A stretch of 64,000 bases of DNA from an uncultured Mycoplasmatota bacterium (GTDB taxonomy: Bacteria > Bacillota_I > Bacilli_A > RF39 > UBA660). Below are positions 49,323 to 58,782 of the stretch, in pieces; position 1 is the stretch's first letter; every line of letters starts with the position of its first letter. The notes under the pieces were generated by a model. The model was given only the letters and a program-made list of their open reading frames with translations. It had not been told where the DNA came from and did no database searches. The translations under genes were made by a program, and so were the position numbers. Where the stretch lies: the NCBI GenBank assembly GCA_900548695.1, contig URLC01000001.1, positions 271,354 through 335,353 of the forward strand. The letters are read 5' to 3'.

Positions 49323-49595
49323 ATGAAGAAAGTTGAATTAGTAGAAGCAGTTGCTGAAGAAACTGGATTAACTAAAGCTGATGCTACAAGAGCAATTGAT
49401 GCTACTTTTAAAGCCATTGCTAATGCTTTAGCAAATGGAGACAAAGTACCACTAGTTGGATTTGGAACATTTGATGTATCTAAGAGAGCTGCTCGTGAAG
49501 GACGTAATCCTAGAACTGGTGAAACAGTTACTATCGCTGCTAGAAACGCAGTTACTTTCAAAGCTGGTTCTGCATTAAAAGATGCTGTAAACTAG
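49323..49595 (+). CDS. hup: DNA-binding protein HU
   Basis: MKKVELVEAVAEETGLTKADA...GFGTF...RNPRTGE; 90 aa. Confidence 0.93.
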   Translation: MKKVELVEAVAEETGLTKADATRAIDATFKAIANALANGDKVPLVGFGTFDVSKRAAREGRNPRTGETVTIAARNAVTFKAGSALKDAVN

Positions 49596-49610
49596 AATTA
49601 ATATGTATAC

Positions 49611-49640
49611 TGGAGGGATGAGTTATCATCCCTTTTTTTG
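49611..49640 (+). terminator. rho-independent terminator after hup
   Basis: GGGATGA-loop-TCATCCC followed by a T7 tract. Confidence 0.75.
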
Positions 49641-49712
49641 TCGCTTGTTTGACAGTGATTTGTTTATAAAATATGTTTATTTTTTAATTTATGATATAAT
49701 GTAGATGGTGAT

Positions 49713-50813
49713 ATGATGTTAGAAAATGCTTTAAAGTTATTGAAAGAACTTACTAATCATGATTATAAAGCTTATATTGTAGGGGGATTTGTTCGTGACT
49801 ATCTATTAGGTATTGAGTCTCAAGATATAGATGTTGCGACTAATGCTACTCCAAAGGAAATAAAAGAAGTATTTAATGATTCTTTTTTACCAACTGAAGA
49901 TTATGGTTCTGTTATAGTTAATAAGTATGGGATTCGTTTTGAAATTACAACTTTTCGTAAAGAAATTAATTACCAAGATCATCGCAGACCAATAGAAATT
50001 GAATATATCGATGATTTATATCAAGATTTATTAAGAAGAGATTTTACTATCAATGCTATTTGTATTGATGATGAAGGGGAAGTTATTGATTTTCTTGGAG
50101 GAAGAGATGATTTAAATCGTAAACTTATTAGAACGATTGGTGATGCTGATGAGCGATTGTCTGAAGATGCTTTGAGGATGCTTAGAGCTATTAGATTTGC
50201 GACTGTTTTGGATTTTCAATTAGATGGAGAAGTGGTGGAAGCTATTAGAAAGCATAGACATTTGTTAAAAGAGTTGTCTTATCAACGAAAAAAGGATGAG
50301 TTGGATAAAATGTTTACTAGTGGTTATGCAGCACAGGGAATTCAGTTATTATTAGAGTTTCATTTGGATAGGGTTTTAGAATTAGATAATTTATCTAAGG
50401 TTGAAAATACAGATAGTGTAGTTGGTATTTGGAGTGTTTTGAACGTTGATTCTATTTATCCTTTTTCGAATAATGAAAAAGAGATTATGGAAAGTATTAG
50501 AAAGGTTATGCCACTAAATAACTTAGATCCTATGGCATTATATAAATATGGTCTTTATGTTAATAGTGTGGCTGGAGAGATGAAAGGTTTGGATAAGAAA
50601 AAAATAACAGAGTCTTATAGTTCTCTTACTATTCAACGTCGTCAGGATTTGGATATTTCTAGTGAAGAAATTATGAAGTGTTTAAATAGACAGCCTGGAG
50701 AGTATCTTAGTGATATTTATGAGAATATTGAAAGGGAAGTACTGTACCATAGATTAGGTAATGAAAAATCTCAGCTACTTTCTTATATAGAGGAAAATTT
50801 TGCTTCTAATTAA
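49713..50813 (+). CDS. cca: CCA-adding tRNA nucleotidyltransferase
   Basis: GGFVRDYLLG-x4-DIDVAT pol-beta NTase motif; RRDFTINA. Confidence 0.8.
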   Translation: MMLENALKLLKELTNHDYKAYIVGGFVRDYLLGIESQDIDVATNATPKEIKEVFNDSFLPTEDYGSVIVNKYGIRFEITTFRKEINYQDHRRPIEIEYIDDLYQDLLRRDFTINAICIDDEGEVIDFLGGRDDLNRKLIRTIGDADERLSEDALRMLRAIRFATVLDFQLDGEVVEAIRKHRHLLKELSYQRKKDELDKMFTSGYAAQGIQLLLEFHLDRVLELDNLSKVENTDSVVGIWSVLNVDSIYPFSNNEKEIMESIRKVMPLNNLDPMALYKYGLYVNSVAGEMKGLDKKKITESYSSLTIQRRQDLDISSEEIMKCLNRQPGEYLSDIYENIEREVLYHRLGNEKSQLLSYIEENFASN

Positions 50814-50877
50814 GTAGGAGCTTTTTTTCTTTATTATTTTATGGTATTATATAGACATTATTTAAGGAGATGGTATA

Positions 50878-51558
50878 GTGAAGAGTGCACAATTTATTGA
50901 TATTTTCAAACAAGGTCATTTAGTGATTCCTCTTTACTTGTTGCAACAATATAAAAAGTTAAAAATCTCGTTAGAAGAGTTTATCTTCTTGATGTATTTA
51001 TATCAATTAGGTGATCATAGCCTATTTAATCCATCTAAGTATCAAGAAGAATTACAATTAGATTTAACTAAGATTATGGAATACATTGATTCTCTTACGG
51101 AGAAGAATTTAATACAAGTAGATGTTGTTAAGAATGAAAAAGGTTTAATGGAAGAAGTAGTTCTTTTAGACGGATTTTTTAGAAAACTTTCTTTATTGAT
51201 GGTTGAAGATAGTAATGAAAAAAAAGCTAGTTATCAGTCTAATATTTTTGAAGTAGTAGAAAAAGAGTTTGGACGAACACTTAGTCCTATTGAATATGAA
51301 ATAATTAGGGCTTGGCTTGATAATGATATGAGTGAAGAATTAATTAAAGAGGCTATCAAAGAAGCTACATTTAATGGGGTGTCTAATTTAAGATATATTG
51401 ATAAAATTCTTTATGAGTGGGGAAAACTTGGTATTAAAACAGTAAAAGATGTGGAAAATCAACGTAAGAAGAGGGCGCAAAAACGTGAAGAAGAAGCAGA
51501 TAGTAATATTGATTTAGATATAGTTGATTGGGATTGGTTTGATGATGATGACGAGTAA
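50878..51558 (+). CDS. dnaD: DnaD-domain replication initiation / membrane attachment protein
   Basis: C-terminal DnaD/DDBH2-like region ...EYEIIRAWL...YIDKILYEW; GTG start with an AAGGAGA RBS. Confidence 0.7.
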   Translation: MKSAQFIDIFKQGHLVIPLYLLQQYKKLKISLEEFIFLMYLYQLGDHSLFNPSKYQEELQLDLTKIMEYIDSLTEKNLIQVDVVKNEKGLMEEVVLLDGFFRKLSLLMVEDSNEKKASYQSNIFEVVEKEFGRTLSPIEYEIIRAWLDNDMSEELIKEAIKEATFNGVSNLRYIDKILYEWGKLGIKTVKDVENQRKKRAQKREEEADSNIDLDIVDWDWFDDDDE

Positions 51559-52174
51559 AATATTAGAATATTTGGACTTTTTATTTCCTAATCCAGTTTG
51601 TGAGCTTACTTTTAATACAGATTATCAATTATTAATGGCAGTTGTACTTAGTGCACAATCTACTGATAAAAGAGTAAATTCTGTGACACCTCTTATTTTT
51701 AGTAAGTATCCAACTTTAGAAGAATTAAAAAATGCGCCTCTTGATGATTTGGAAATGATTATTAGACCAGTGGGTTCTTTCCGTAAAAAAGCCAGTTTTT
51801 TGAAAGGGATAGCACAAAGATTAGTTGATGAATTTGATGGTGTAGTACCAACTGATAGAGAAGTGTTAGAGTCTTTTCCAGGTGTTGGTCACAAGACAGC
51901 AAATGTCTTTTTATCGGAATATTATCATGTTCCTGCTATTGCGGTTGATACTCATGTAGAAAGAGTTTCCAAGAGACTAAAATTGGCATATATGAAGGAT
52001 TCTGTTTCTGACGTTGAACGGAAATTAATGAAAAAAATACCAAAAGAGAAATGGTCAAAGTTTCATTTACAGATGGTTTTGTTTGGAAGATATTATTGTA
52101 AGGCAATAAAACCGAGTTGTAAGGACTGTCAACTCAGAGATTTTTGTCGAGAAAAAAAGAAGAATTTTGAATAA
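51542..52174 (+). CDS. nth: endonuclease III (DNA-(apurinic or apyrimidinic site) lyase)
   Basis: HhH-GPD region (LPGVGHKTANV) and the [4Fe-4S] motif C-x6-C-x2-C-x5-C at the C-terminus. Confidence 0.88.
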   Translation: MMMTSKILEYLDFLFPNPVCELTFNTDYQLLMAVVLSAQSTDKRVNSVTPLIFSKYPTLEELKNAPLDDLEMIIRPVGSFRKKASFLKGIAQRLVDEFDGVVPTDREVLESFPGVGHKTANVFLSEYYHVPAIAVDTHVERVSKRLKLAYMKDSVSDVERKLMKKIPKEKWSKFHLQMVLFGRYYCKAIKPSCKDCQLRDFCREKKKNFE

Positions 52175-52187
52175 TTCTTCTTTTTTA
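52153..52187. terminator. bidirectional terminator between nth and ponA
   Basis: AGAAGAATT-loop-AATTCTTCT flanked by A and T tracts. Confidence 0.7.
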
Positions 52188-54875
52188 TGTTGTTGGCAAA
52201 GTACATTTTCCAGTTACAGAATCCCATGTGCCACCTGCTGCAATACATGATTTTTCATCTGTTGGTGTTTCTGGTTCTTCAGGCTCTTCTGGTTCTGTTG
52301 GCTTTTCTGGCTCTTTTAGTGTAAAGGTTGCTGGATCTCCTTGTAGTCCATTATAGCCTTTATAAGTTGCGACTACTTTATAAGTTCCATATGGAGAGGC
52401 ACTTCCTAAACTATAAGTATAACTTGTACCTTCTGTAAATCCAATTAGAGTTGAACCTAGGTAAATATTATATCCAAAAGTACCAAGATTTTTATTGTCA
52501 CCAGGATTTACTGCAGACCAGCTTAATGTTACTTTACCAGTTGTCTCGTCGTATGATACTTTAAAGTTTCCTGGTTTTCCAAGTTTTACACTTGAGATAT
52601 CTTGTTTTTCTGGCTCATGGCCTTTTTTAAAGAATTCATAAACTACACTACCGGTATATCCTGAACCCGCAACTATTGGTGGATTAGAACCAGGTATTAT
52701 GCCAAGTTTTACCACACTAGATGGTTGTTTGAAAGCTTCTCTATTTGCTTCCATAGCCCCTGCTTTTACTAAGGCATTGAAGATTTTATCTTTTTGAATT
52801 GTTGCTGGAACATTATGTAGGACATATCTTCCTGTTGTATCATTTAATTCATATCCATACCATAAAGCTACTACTGTTTTAGTAGAATATCCAACTACCC
52901 AAGAATCTCTGATAGCGTCTCCTGGTAGATTATGTGCTTCCATATATTTTGAATCATAGTTAGTTGTTCCTGTTTTAGCGGCAACATTTTTTGGTGTACC
53001 ACCAGTTAAAGCAACATCTTGTAGTACGTCTGAAATCATGAATGCAGTAGCATCAGACATGGCTTTTTTCTTTTCACCCTTATATTCTATAACTTCTCCT
53101 GTGTCACGATAAACAATTTTTTCTATTGTGTGAGGTTTATTGTAGTATCCCCCATTAGAGAATGCGGCATAGGCAGCTGCCATATCCATAGAAGAAACTC
53201 CAGGACTAAATGCTCCGATTGAATGAGCTTCATGAATTTTACCATTTTCAATTTCAGGTGTAATTCCTAAGTTTTGTACAAATTCTATAATTTTTTTGTT
53301 ATCTACTTGTTGGAATGCTTTTAATGCTGGGATATTACGAGATGTAGATAAGGCTTTTCTTAATGTAATCGTACCAAAGTAACCATTATCCCAGTTTTTT
53401 ATTGGACGTCCACCAGTATATGTATATGGTGAATCATCAAATAATGTATATGTAGACCAGTTGTTGTATTCAATTCCAGGACCGTAGTCAAATAGTGGTT
53501 TTGCAGTTGAACCTGGTTGACGTTTAATACCAGTTGCAAAGTTTAATCCACCAGCAGGTCTATTTCTACCAGCACCAATTGCTTGAACTTTTCCGGTAGC
53601 TGAATCTAACACTGTAACACCAGCCTGAACTTTGTCATCGATCCATTTGTAAGTTTCACCATTCATTACGGAGTTTACAGCATCTTGTTTAGAACGGTCT
53701 AGGTTAGTATACACTTCCACAGGTGTTTTATTTGGATCAATTCCATAAACTTCTTCTAATTCATCTTTAACAGTATCGGCGTATCCTTGGTATGGATCAG
53801 ATGCTGCTGTTTGGTCTACTACTAAATCAGAGACTGGAATGCTATTGGCAATTTCTTCTTGTTCTTTGGTGATGTAACCATGGCGTCTCATTAAATATAA
53901 TACGGTTGCACGTCTTTTTTCAGCATTTTGTGGATTAATATCAGGTCTATATGAAGTTGGTGCTTGGAACATTCCAGCAATTGTTGCTGCTTCTGATAAG
54001 TTTAATTCACTAGCACTTTTTCCGAAGTATGTTTGTGCTGCTTCTTCGACACCATAAATCATTCCACCTAAACTATGGTTGTTTACATAAAATTCAATAA
54101 TTTGTTCTTTGGTATAATTTTTTTCTAGTTTGAATACTGCTAAATAAATATCAGTAAATTTACGAATAATACCTTGAATTCCAGTATCTGTTGTAGATGT
54201 AATGGAATTTTTAATTACTTGCATCGAAATAGTTGAGGCACCACCAGCATCAGAGTTTCCTAATAATTGTCCAGCACTGGCTTTTAAAAATCTTGGTGCA
54301 TCAAATCCATTGTGTTGGAAGAATCTTGAATCTTCTGTTGCGACAAGGGCATCAATAAAAACTTGAGGTAACTCATCGTATGTTATTTTTTCACGACGTT
54401 CATCACCGGTTTCGTCAAAAATTTTGCCATCTTTATCACGGAAGATACTCATCTCTTTACTGTCTAAGTCTTTGGCATCAAATTTTGGCGCGGTTACAGT
54501 AATGTAAATTAAGAAAGCTGAAAAGGCTATTAAACATATGATTCCTAGCCCTAAAATAATAATGAGGATTATATTGATAATTTTTTTCTTTTTTTTGTCA
54601 TTTTTAGCTTTCCTTAATAATTCGGCCACTCCTATAATGATACCGATACCAACAGCTGTAAAAATTGTGAAGGCTAAACCTAATTTTAAGTAGCATAGCA
54701 GTAATAATGCTACAAAAGCAATCCAACAAGCAATTATGATGTTTTTATTTTCTTGCTTTTTCTTTTTGCTTGTTTGAGGTTTCCTTTTTGTACTGTATTC
54801 TTTTGTGTTGTTGGTATTTCTTTTTGAGGAACTTTTCCTTTTTATTACTTTTTTTTGCATTTTATATACCTCCAA
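52185..54875 (-). CDS. ponA: class A penicillin-binding protein 1A/1B (glycosyltransferase + transpeptidase) with a C-terminal FN3-like extension
   Basis: GT51 motifs (EDSRFFQHNG), TP motifs (STAKP, SRN, KTGTT); recU immediately upstream, as in the B. subtilis recU-ponA operon. Confidence 0.9.
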   Translation of the reverse strand: MEVYKMQKKVIKRKSSSKRNTNNTKEYSTKRKPQTSKKKKQENKNIIIACWIAFVALLLLCYLKLGLAFTIFTAVGIGIIIGVAELLRKAKNDKKKKKIINIILIIILGLGIICLIAFSAFLIYITVTAPKFDAKDLDSKEMSIFRDKDGKIFDETGDERREKITYDELPQVFIDALVATEDSRFFQHNGFDAPRFLKASAGQLLGNSDAGGASTISMQVIKNSITSTTDTGIQGIIRKFTDIYLAVFKLEKNYTKEQIIEFYVNNHSLGGMIYGVEEAAQTYFGKSASELNLSEAATIAGMFQAPTSYRPDINPQNAEKRRATVLYLMRRHGYITKEQEEIANSIPVSDLVVDQTAASDPYQGYADTVKDELEEVYGIDPNKTPVEVYTNLDRSKQDAVNSVMNGETYKWIDDKVQAGVTVLDSATGKVQAIGAGRNRPAGGLNFATGIKRQPGSTAKPLFDYGPGIEYNNWSTYTLFDDSPYTYTGGRPIKNWDNGYFGTITLRKALSTSRNIPALKAFQQVDNKKIIEFVQNLGITPEIENGKIHEAHSIGAFSPGVSSMDMAAAYAAFSNGGYYNKPHTIEKIVYRDTGEVIEYKGEKKKAMSDATAFMISDVLQDVALTGGTPKNVAAKTGTTNYDSKYMEAHNLPGDAIRDSWVVGYSTKTVVALWYGYELNDTTGRYVLHNVPATIQKDKIFNALVKAGAMEANREAFKQPSSVVKLGIIPGSNPPIVAGSGYTGSVVYEFFKKGHEPEKQDISSVKLGKPGNFKVSYDETTGKVTLSWSAVNPGDNKNLGTFGYNIYLGSTLIGFTEGTSYTYSLGSASPYGTYKVVATYKGYNGLQGDPATFTLKEPEKPTEPEEPEEPETPTDEKSCIAAGGTWDSVTGKCTLPTT

Positions 54876-55431
54876 TAATTGTGTCGACTACTTTTAAGTA
54901 GTCAATTCTTGGTCTATAGCCATCCTTTATTAAGTATCCTTTTTGTTGAAAAAAAGAATGTGGAATCGATTTTCTATCATTTTTATTAAGAAAGTCTAGA
55001 AGATCTTTTCCTGGTAATAAATAAGTCTCATTTAAGTTTGTAAATCTAACAATTATAAAAGTAATACCTTGATGGTTATATATATTTTTAATATGTTTTA
55101 TTTGGTGTGAGTGAATATTAGCAAGTGGGAAAGCAGTTTTATTTTTAGTTTCTTTTGCTTCAAAGTCTATATATTTTCCTTTATATATGCCATTATAGTC
55201 TGTTGTTGATGGTACTGTATAATATGCTTCAGTGATTACTGCTTTGTCACGTGAAGGATAATTAACTTTTACAATTTTCACAGGTGTTGGCTTTTTATAT
55301 ATATATGCTTTATCTATTGCTTGATAATATTCATTAGACTCATTAAGGTCGCTTTCTAATGTCATTCCTCGATTGCTGTATGTGATCTGGGATGCATTGT
55401 TTTGCTTTTTAATTCCGTTTGGATAGTTCAT
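54862..55431 (-). CDS. recU: Holliday junction resolvase RecU
   Basis: Size ~190 aa, overlaps the ponA start, RecU-like core. Confidence 0.8.
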   Translation of the reverse strand: MNYPNGIKKQNNASQITYSNRGMTLESDLNESNEYYQAIDKAYIYKKPTPVKIVKVNYPSRDKAVITEAYYTVPSTTDYNGIYKGKYIDFEAKETKNKTAFPLANIHSHQIKHIKNIYNHQGITFIIVRFTNLNETYLLPGKDLLDFLNKNDRKSIPHSFFQQKGYLIKDGYRPRIDYLKVVDTIIGGI

Positions 55432-55735
55432 CTCATCACCTATTTTGTATTATACTATATTTTTCGTAATTTTTCTATAATTTTTATGGTTAAAATTTAT
55501 AATCATTATTTTGTTATCTTTTGTCGAAAGTAATGAAATTAATTTTATTTTGGGTATGATAGTAATAGGTGATAGATATGAATAATTTTGAAGTTATAAG
55601 AATTCTTAATAGAATGTATGATAAGACAAGAAGTGCTAAATTAGAGATGTTTTTAACTTTTATAAAACAAGGGCAAGACAATTGACAAAAAAGTCAAGAA
55701 ATGACATAATATTACTGTAAGGGATTGGTGATAAA

Positions 55736-56077
55736 ATGTATCAGAATAAGATTACACTTATGCCACAAGATATTTTGGAGAAAGAATTTAAAATTGATAC
55801 TCGTGGATACCGTTTAAAAGAAGTAGACCAGTTTCTTGATATTATTATTGGTGATTATGAACAGTTTTTAAATATTATCAATAATTTAGAGAAAGAAAAA
55901 GCTGACTTGTTGGGTGAAATTATGAATTTGAAGCAAGAACTTCGCAATTCTAAAATGAGTATGGAAGTTGCTCGCAATAATGTTGAAGTTCCAGAAGTTA
56001 CAAATTTAGATATTTTAAGACGTCTTTCTCAACTTGAGAAGATGGTGTACAGTAGTAACAAGGATAATAACAATTAA
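55736..56077 (+). CDS. gpsB: cell-cycle protein GpsB (DivIVA-domain)
   Basis: MPQDILEKEFKIDTRGYRLKEVDQFLDIIIGDYE DivIVA N-domain; 113 aa; rnpB follows directly as in Bacillus. Confidence 0.8.
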   Translation: MYQNKITLMPQDILEKEFKIDTRGYRLKEVDQFLDIIIGDYEQFLNIINNLEKEKADLLGEIMNLKQELRNSKMSMEVARNNVEVPEVTNLDILRRLSQLEKMVYSSNKDNNN

Positions 56078-56079
56078 TA

Positions 56080-56432
56080 TATAGACAAACGCTGATATTT
56101 TTAAGATATTAGAGGAAAGTCCATGCTCGCACAGTCTGTGATGATTGTAGTGTTCGTGCCTAGGGAAAAAATAACCTAGGGTAGCATATGCTAACGGCGG
56201 AAGATAATCTAAGTCTTTGATATGATTTATTCCATAATGTGCCGCAGAGACGAGGCTTTAGGAAACTAAAGAGTGAAACGTGGTAAACCCCGCGAGCGAG
56301 AAACCCAAATTTGGTAGGGGAGCTCTAATGAAAGAATCGAATGGAGTTAGGGACCAAGTAATTGGTAGATAAATGTTTGTCGCCTGGCAACAGGAACGGA
56401 ACATGGCTTATTTATATTATTTGTTTATTATA
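56080..56432 (+). ncRNA. rnpB: RNase P RNA, type B (Bacillus-type)
   Basis: AGAGGAAAGTCCATGCTCGCACAG, GTAGTGTTCGTGCCTAG, GTGAAACGTGGTAAACCCCGCGAGCGAGAAACCCAAATTTGGTAGGGGA and ACATGGCTTA match conserved B. subtilis RNase P RNA blocks. P1 pairing is between 56081-56089 and 56422-56430. Confidence 0.85.
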
Positions 56433-56445
56433 GTGAGGTGTTTTT

Positions 56446-56943
56446 ATGAAAGAACTGGGAGAGTATTTAAAACATACTAGAATTAGTAATGGGGTTAGTA
56501 TGGAGGAAGCTGCAGAAGATTTAGAACTTTCTACATCTCAACTTGAAAATATAGAGAATGGTAATGTACGAGCTTTTAAAGATGTTTATGGATTAAAACA
56601 ATACATATATCAATATGCAAAGTATTTAGGTTTAAACCCTGAAAAAGTTGTGGATGAGTTCAATGGTTTTTTATTTGAACATACTTCAAAGATCTCTTTG
56701 GATGATATTAAAGAAGCACAGCGTAAGTTGGAGGAAAAAGAAGAAAAAAAAGTTAAGTCTCCTTATACAATTGCTCATAAAAGAAAATTGCCGATTTGGC
56801 TTTTTGCTTTCATTCCAGCGATTATCGTCTTACTTTTTATTGTCATTTATTTTATTGTTAGTAGTATCAACAAAGCACCTGTTGTTGATGCAGAATTAAC
56901 GGCAGAGGTAAGGGAGGAGTATAGAAATGAATTTACCTACTAA
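56446..56943 (+). CDS. RodZ/YmfM-like XRE-family HTH protein with a C-terminal TM anchor (short form)
   Basis: N-terminal Cro/C1-type HTH, single TM; located upstream of pgsA as ymfM (rodZ) is in B. subtilis. Confidence 0.5.
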   Translation: MKELGEYLKHTRISNGVSMEEAAEDLELSTSQLENIENGNVRAFKDVYGLKQYIYQYAKYLGLNPEKVVDEFNGFLFEHTSKISLDDIKEAQRKLEEKEEKKVKSPYTIAHKRKLPIWLFAFIPAIIVLLFIVIYFIVSSINKAPVVDAELTAEVREEYRNEFTY

Positions 56944-57532
56944 GATTACAGTTCTTCGTTTAGCGTTAACTGTGATTCTAATTATTTTTTTATGTTTCCC
57001 ATTTTATAGTGTGGGAATACAGTTTCCTACTTATGGAATATTAGGTGGAGTATCATTGCAATACATAATAGCTGGAGTTGTTTTTGTTGTTGCAAGTCTT
57101 ACAGATTTTCTTGATGGTTATTTAGCCAGAAAGAATAATCAAGTAACAAATACTGGTAAGATGTTAGATGCGATTGCTGATAAAGCATTAGTTAATAGTG
57201 TTTTGATTATTTTAGCAGGACAAAATATGATTCATCCAATTATCCCTGTTATTGTAGTTCTTCGGGATATTGTTGTTAATGCAATTAAGATGGAGGCTGC
57301 TGGTCGTGGAAAAGTTGTAGCAGCTATTGGCTCTGGTAAATTAAAAACTGCAACTTTAATGGTTGGAACTACACTTGTATTCTTCTATAATATGCCTTTT
57401 GAGTTTATCAATATTAGTCTTGCAGAAATTTTATTATATATTGCTACTGTTTTATCAATTGTTTCAGCAGTACAGTATTTTAATATGAATAAAGCATTAA
57501 TTTTTGGTAAATCAGAAAATGTAAATTCGTAA
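56927..57532 (+). CDS. pgsA: CDP-diacylglycerol--glycerol-3-phosphate 3-phosphatidyltransferase
   Basis: CDP-alcohol phosphotransferase motif DFLDGYLAR...G...DAIADK. Confidence 0.88.
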   Translation: MNLPTKITVLRLALTVILIIFLCFPFYSVGIQFPTYGILGGVSLQYIIAGVVFVVASLTDFLDGYLARKNNQVTNTGKMLDAIADKALVNSVLIILAGQNMIHPIIPVIVVLRDIVVNAIKMEAAGRGKVVAAIGSGKLKTATLMVGTTLVFFYNMPFEFINISLAEILLYIATVLSIVSAVQYFNMNKALIFGKSENVNS

Positions 57533-57546
57533 GATTTTATGCTGTA

Positions 57547-57585
57547 ATTTTCCCTATTTATTTAGGGAATTTTTATTTTTTAGGC
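57547..57585 (+). terminator. rho-independent terminator after pgsA
   Basis: TCCCTA-loop-TAGGGA followed by a T-tract. Confidence 0.6.
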
Positions 57586-57688
57586 AATGAGGCCTATATA
57601 AAACAATTGTTCGAAAAAAATGTTGCTTTTTCTTTTTTTTTATTATATAATTAATTTGTAATACATTTGGATATTAATAGGAGGAATT

Positions 57689-58729
57689 ATGAAAAGTGTA
57701 AGTAAGGATGTTTCTAAAGATAAAGCGTTAGAACAAGTGTTGAATGATATAGAAAAACAATTTGGTAAGGGTTCTATTATGAAACTAGGGGACAGTAAAC
57801 ATATGAAAGTTGATGTTGTTTCTAGTGGATGTTTATCTTTAGATATTGCTTTAGGAGTGGGTGGATATCCTAGAGGAAGAATTGTTGAAATTTATGGTCC
57901 AGAATCTAGTGGTAAAACTACGTTTGCCTTACAGGCTATTGCTGAAGTACAAAAGACTGGTGGAAGAGCAGCTTTTATCGATGCAGAACATGCTCTTGAT
58001 CCAGTTTATGCTGAACGTTTAGGTGTTAATATCGATGAATTGTTACTTTCACAACCTGATACAGGGGAACAGGCATTAGAAATTTGCGAAGCATTAGTTC
58101 GTAGCGAAGCTGTTAGTATAGTAGTTATTGATTCGGTTGCCGCATTAGTTCCACAAGCGGAAATAGATGGTGAAATGGGAGATTCTCATGTTGGACTTCA
58201 AGCACGATTGATGTCACAAGCTCTTAGAAAATTATCTGGTACCATTAATAAAACGAATACCATTGCTATTTTTATTAATCAATTACGTGAAAAAGTTGGG
58301 GTTATGTTTGGTAATCCAGAGACTACTCCTGGTGGAAGAGCTTTGAAATTTTATTCAACTATTCGCTTAGATATTCGTCGTAATGAACAATTAAAAATGG
58401 GAGATGGAGTTGTTGGTAATAAAACAACTATTAAAGTTGTAAAAAATAAGGTGGCACCGCCATTTAAAACAGCAGTTGTTGATATTATGTATGGTGAAGG
58501 TGTTTCACATGAAGGAGAAGTTATTGACTTGGCAGTAGAAGCTGGTATTGTTGAAAAAACTGGTGCTTGGTATTCTTATCAAACGGAAAAGCTTGGACAA
58601 GGCAAAGAAAATGTTAAATTACTTTTAAAAGATAATCCTGAGTTATGTCAGGAAATTGAGCAAAAGGTAAGAGATTATTATGATATATCTTTAAATAAGG
58701 CTAATAATGAAGGAAAAGAAAAAAAGTAA
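57689..58729 (+). CDS. recA: recombinase RecA
   Basis: GPESSGKTT Walker A and full-length RecA conservation. Confidence 0.97.
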   Translation: MKSVSKDVSKDKALEQVLNDIEKQFGKGSIMKLGDSKHMKVDVVSSGCLSLDIALGVGGYPRGRIVEIYGPESSGKTTFALQAIAEVQKTGGRAAFIDAEHALDPVYAERLGVNIDELLLSQPDTGEQALEICEALVRSEAVSIVVIDSVAALVPQAEIDGEMGDSHVGLQARLMSQALRKLSGTINKTNTIAIFINQLREKVGVMFGNPETTPGGRALKFYSTIRLDIRRNEQLKMGDGVVGNKTTIKVVKNKVAPPFKTAVVDIMYGEGVSHEGEVIDLAVEAGIVEKTGAWYSYQTEKLGQGKENVKLLLKDNPELCQEIEQKVRDYYDISLNKANNEGKEKK

Positions 58730-58782
58730 AAGAAAGATAATATCTTTTCTTTTTTTTCATATATTGAATAGAGGGTGGGATT

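Noticed and set aside
49268-49561. 97-aa ORF antisense to hup
   Set aside because: HU is unambiguous; the antisense frame is Ala-rich only because of the HU codon composition.
57600-57688. Possible LexA/Cheo box upstream of recA (TTGTTCGAAAAAAATGTTGC)
   Set aside because: Does not fit CGAAC-N4-GTTCG well (half-sites mis-spaced). Reported only as an absence in the findings.
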